Positions 33,001-37,303 of a stretch of 37,303 nucleotides of DNA are shown here, in pieces. Source of the stretch: Octopus bimaculoides (Eukaryota); NCBI RefSeq assembly GCF_001194135.2, contig NC_068981.1:194918753-194956055 (forward strand), given 5' to 3'. The notes under the pieces are model-generated. The model did no database searches, was not told the origin of the DNA, and saw nothing but the letters and a program-made list of their open reading frames with translations. The translations under genes were made by a program, and so were the position numbers. The first letter of the stretch is position 1. Every line of letters starts with the position of its first letter.

Positions 33001-33223
33001 CTAGTGATATCATCATCATCAGCAGCAGCAGCAGCGTCGGCAACAGAAGCAGTAGCAGCAGCAACAGCAGTAACTGTGAGGGGACTTACCCCTGCGGCTA
33101 CTGGTGTCCCTTTAGAAGTATCCTTCAAAAATAAGAGCAGCAAGCGGCTCCTCGATGTTATATTTCTGTTATATAAAAAAAGAATGGCTATCGTGGTAGG
33201 CGGAATCACTCAATTGGCTTCCC

Positions 33224-33320
33224 ATGATGATGATGATGAGGAGGAGGAGGAGGAGGCGGATGAGGGTGAGGATGAGGATGAGGAGGATGAGGAGGATTAT
33301 ATTGATGATGATGATGATGA
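33224..33320. repeat. (GAT)n/(GAG)n microsatellite
   Basis: Direct reading; source of the acidic tail of ORF 32926-33348. Confidence 0.9.
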
Positions 33321-33362
33321 TCCAGGTGAGTGGATTGGAGCAACGTGAAGTCAAGAGCGTGG

Positions 33363-33679
33363 TCAGCGGTAAATACGTTAAGGAATAAATGAAATACTTA
33401 CTTGCACCCATGGAAGAAGCAGACGCAAAGTCATGGGTACTCTCAAGTACCCCAAATATATCCGAATAGAAATTTTGCAGTACACCTCGAGACAAATGTG
33501 ATCAGACTGAAAATTTTATCAGTGGCCAGCATGTTAAAAAAAAAAGACCTTTTAAGATGTACTGCAAAATTTCTATTCGGATATATTTGGGGTACTTAAT
33601 TGTACACATGACTTTGCGTCTGCTTGTTCCATGTGTGCAAGTAAGTATTACATTTATTTCTTAACGTATTTACCGCTGA
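33363..33679. mobile_element. MITE-like fold-back element with 122-bp TIRs and a 73-bp spacer
   Basis: 33363-33484 (TCAGCGGTAAATACGTTAAG...TTTTGCAGTACA) is approximately the reverse complement of 33558-33679 at about 90% identity by eye; no clear TSD. Confidence 0.8.
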
Positions 33680-34549
33680 TTACGAGAAAATTCTTTATGA
33701 ATTGACTCAGAAATCGGACGGATTTGGTAATAACGGAATTTTTTAATAAATTTCTGTCAGCTTGCTTCGAGACGCGTGCTTATAGTGATGAATTATATGT
33801 GGTTATTGACGATTTAAAGTCTATTCTCAGCATATTTGGCATAGAAATTTTTTCTTTTGCCCTTCTTTATAAAGTTCTTTTCAATTTTCACCTTAAAAGG
33901 TATTTTTTAATATGCAGGCCACTGATAAAATTTTTTTGAAAATTTTATCCTATATTAGATGTCTATGTTCTTCTATATGTGTGTGGTATTGCAGTATTGT
34001 GTATGTATTTATGTATGTATATGTATCTGCATGAATGTATGTATGTATGTGTGCTATGTGTACGTCGGTGGGTGGGTGTCTGTTTCTGAGAGTCTGTGTG
34101 TATATAATAAATGATGTCACATCTAATCGCTGCCGTTTCACGTGCGCGTTTTAACCGCCCGTTTCTGTTGTGGTTTGTCTGGGAAGATCTCAGCATATTC
34201 GTTTGATTGTCAATCCATCGGAATACATGAATGCAGCAGCAAGCAAGACCAACGACAGCGCCACCGCCGCCGCCGCCACCACCACCACCACCACCATTAA
34301 TCACAACAGTAACGACAACAACATCACCAACATTAATATAGACAAAAGTAATAATATGTCTACATTTTGCAGATCAAGGTCGAAGTTTCTTAAACGTTGG
34401 ACATAAAGACTGCTCCCTAGGAACCACAATCCGCCCAACCCCGATTCTCGTTCTGTGATTAAAACAAAAATATAAAGATATACTAGAAACAAAAACCATA
34501 AAAAATTATATAACAAAGCAATGCCGACAATTTGTAGGTGGTCGCTCAG

Positions 34550-34765
34550 CCGCCTCTTTCGAACCCTATAAATCTTTCGTTCTGTTTATATACACTCATT
34601 TTTGACGTCAAATAAGTTTATAAAAATATGGCGTCTTCCAAGTTCCGTTTAGTTTCAATCGGAACACGTCTGCAATCATGTCTTTTTTTTTTTTATTTTC
34701 TTCTCATTGGTTGTTTTGTTTTCTCTTCCACACACCGCCACCATTTCTACAGACGCCGCCATCGC
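34550..34765. promoter_or_regulatory. Candidate promoter-like motif cluster
   Basis: TATAAAT 34567-34573, TTTGACGTCAAA (CRE) 34601-34612, YY1-like AATATGGCG 34625-34633, ATTGG (reverse CCAAT) 34706-34710, reverse GATGGCGG ~34756-34763, in non-repetitive and locally CpG-rich DNA. Confidence 0.35.
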
Positions 34766-35284
34766 AATCGTAGAGTGAATGCCATCTATATTTAACTTCT
34801 AAAATGAAAGTTATTGTATAACAAGAATTATATCATTTCAACAGCAGTTTCTTTGAAAAACTACCATTTATTTCGTCTTTCAACACAGTTCACTTGTCTC
34901 CCGGGTCTGTGATGATTCTCTGTCGATGAACATTCCTTCTTAGAAACGGAAGAGGGTTACAAGAAGAGGGAGAGAATACAAAGAAGGGTACATGAAGACG
35001 GGTTCTTGAAGTAGGACCCTAGAAGCGTCATCGCTCATAAGAGGTTTACAAAGTTTACTCTTAACTAATATTGCTGTCCTCGTTTAGAAAAACAATTTCA
35101 CATTTTTTAAACATTTTCACACGGATTGTTTCAATTGAATTCTGTTATTCTATCCAATGTGATCTTTTGGAGTAAAGACGGTTGTTCTCGGGTTCGATTC
35201 ACAGACAGCGTCGCCGTTCTTTATGCGCTGGGCCCATTTGCAGAGCGGAGTTTCTCATACGCATCATTCATCTTGTATGTTTTT

Positions 35285-35555
35285 CATTTTACTTGTTTCA
35301 GTTATTAGACTGCGACGAGGCTGGGGCACCGCCCCGAAGAATCGACTCCAGCGCTTACTCTAGTAAAGGTTTGTTACTTATTCTATCGGTCTCATTTGCT
35401 GAACCGTTAGTTTACGAAAATGTAAACACATTAACATCGGTTGTGAAACAGTGGTAGGGGACAAACATAGACACAAACAATATACACGCGTGCGCGCCAA
35501 CCAGAGCCTTGTGAGTGGATTTGCTAGACGGAAACTGAAAGAAGCCCATCGTATA
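35285..35555. mobile_element. Two opposed family A fragments (minus-strand 3' half 35285-35495, plus-strand central piece 35497-35555)
   Basis: TTTTACTTGTTTCAGT...GGGACAAACATAGACAC (reverse complement of tail and centre), then AGCCTTGTGAGTGGATTTGCTAGACGGAAACTGAAAGAAGCCCATCG. Confidence 0.7.
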
Positions 35556-35609
35556 CACACACACACACATACATACATACATACACACGCGCACACATAT
35601 TCTTCTTCT

Positions 35610-36504
35610 TTTATTCTTTTATTTGTTTCAGTCATTTGAAGGCGCCATGCTGGAGCACTGCCTTTAGTCGAGCAAATCGACCCCAGGACTTATTCTTTGT
35701 AAGCTTAGTACTTATTCTATCGGTATCTCTTGCCGAACCGCTAAGTGACGGGCAGGTAAACACACCAGCATTGGTTGACAAGCGGTGTTGGGGGGACAGA
35801 CACAGACACACATATATATATATATANNNNNNNNNNNNNNNNNNNNNNNNNNNNNNNNNNNNNNNNNNNNNNNNNNNNNNNNNNNNNNNNNNNNNNNNNN
35901 NNNNNNNNNNNNNNNNNNNNNNNNNNNNNNNNNNNNNNNNNNNNNNNNNNNNNNNNNNNNNNNNNNNNNNNNNNNNNNNNNNNNNNNNNNNNNNNNNNNN
36001 NNNNNNNNNNNNNNNNNNNNNNNNNNNNNNNNNNNNNNNNNNNNNNNNNNNNNNNNNNNNNNNNNNNNNNNNNNNNNNNNNNNNNNNNNNNNNNNNNNNN
36101 NNNNNNNNNNNNNNNNNNNNNNNNNNNNNNNNNNNNNNNNNNNNNNNNNNNNNNNNNNNNNNNNNNNNNNNNNNNNNNNNNNNNNNNNNNNNNNNNNNNN
36201 NNNNNNNNNNNNNNNNNNNNNNNNNNNNNNNNNNNNNNNNNNNNNNNNNNNNNNNNNNNNNNNNNNNNNNNNNNNNNNNNNNNNNNNNNNNNNNNNNNNN
36301 NNNNNNNNNNNCACACACATATATATATATATACATATATACGACGAGCTTCTTTCAGTTTCCGTCTACCAAATCCACTCACAAGGCTTTGGTCGGCCCG
36401 AGGCTATAGTAGAAGACACTTGCCCAAGATGCCATGCAGTGGGACTGAACCCGGAACCATGTGGTTGGTAAGCAAGCTACTTACCACACAGCCACTCCTG
36501 CGTC
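35610..36504 (-). mobile_element. Family A SINE, full length, gap in central TA tract
   Basis: Tail 35610-35815 and head 36342-36504 on either side of the N-gap. Confidence 0.85.
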
Positions 36505-36522
36505 TATATATATATATATATA

Positions 36523-36685
36523 CGTCGGGATTCTTTCAGTTTCCGTCTACCAAATCCACTCACAAAGGTTTGGTCGGCCCAAGGCTATAGTAAAAGATAC
36601 TTGCCCATGTTGCCATGCAGTCGGACTGAAACCAGAACCATGTGGTTCGTAAGTATGCTACTTACCATGCAGCCACTCCTGCACC
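36523..36685 (-). mobile_element. Second family A 5' half in tandem with the preceding copy
   Basis: Repeats 36342-36504 with several substitutions; separated by a short (TA)n. Confidence 0.85.
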
Positions 36686-37097
36686 TATCTATGCAGTGTT
36701 CAAAATCCTCATGGAAGCTATAAGCAGAAGCATTGCCTTGTCTTCGAAAAATCTGCAGTACAGTTTCCTCCAACTAAAACGCCATCTCCCTGAGTTTAAT
36801 GTGCGTACTTTGTTCCTCACGCAATCAACAACCAGCGATATTGTGAAACTCAGGAGAGAAAACAGCAAGAGGTCTTACTAATACAATAAATATTACACTC
36901 TTCTTTTTCTGTATTGAGTACATTTTCTCATATAAACCTTTCCTCTCCTCCCTTTCTCTCACTCTCTCTCTCTCTTTCGCTCTCTCTCCCTCTGTCTTTT
37001 TCACGCACATATATAGATATACGCAGATTGATAGATTGAGAATCAGATGCGTAAGTGCCCTCAACAATACACGTACACACACACACACATATACAAA

Positions 37098-37303
37098 CAT
37101 ATATATATATACATCCATCCATCCATGCATTTATGTATGTATATATACATACGTCAATACATACATGCATATATAGATATATATATGTATATATATGTAT
37201 ATACATGTATGTATATACATGTATGTATATACATATATGTATGTATATATATGTATATACATACATATATGTATATATGTATACATACCTATATATATGT
37301 ATG
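37098..37303. repeat. Low-complexity (TA)/(TATG)/(CATA) tract
   Basis: Direct reading; similar tracts at 1-290, 11000-11400, 12050-13330 and 19200-21250. Confidence 0.9.

Noticed and set aside
32926-33348. 140-aa ORF with acidic tail and strong donor CCAG|GTGAGT
   Set aside because: Begins in a SINE head and runs through GCA/GAT/GAG repeats; the apparent donor is part of an antisense SINE CORE fragment.
34905-35010. C-box GTGATGA suggesting a C/D snoRNA
   Set aside because: No CTGA D-box or terminal stem at an appropriate distance.
2137-36685. tRNA genes and CRISPR-like arrays
   Set aside because: All A/B-box sequences are SINE heads that do not fold into complete cloverleaves; there are no regularly spaced repeat-spacer arrays and the DNA is eukaryotic.

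Overview
Repeat-dense, non-coding animal genomic DNA from a gapped draft assembly. There are 15 N-gaps totalling roughly 5.8 kb, most abutting (TA)n/(CA)n tracts. The tRNA-derived SINE repertoire and extreme microsatellite load point to an octopus genome (inference, not a database result). No intact protein-coding gene is recognisable, and nearly all listed ORFs are artefacts of microsatellites or Ns. The window is a mosaic of about 25 SINE copies from 4-5 families (local labels A-D plus one hammerhead-bearing family), three decayed mariner transposase fossils, R4/Dong-like and CR1/L2-like LINE fragments, several MITE-like inverted-repeat elements and many microsatellites. The most interesting signal is a tRNA-headed SINE-like element at 25590-25868 (minus strand) whose 3' part folds as a minimal type I hammerhead ribozyme of the Penelope type; three more degenerate hammerhead-like cores lie elsewhere in the window. 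The window also shows several template-switch scars: a ~120-bp inverted templated insertion inside a mariner, a 71-bp fold-back, a perfected quasi-palindrome, and a telomere-repeat patch inside a SINE head. A promoter-like motif cluster near 34.6 kb and a few weak candidate exons suggest the region may be intronic or near a gene, but this is unproven.
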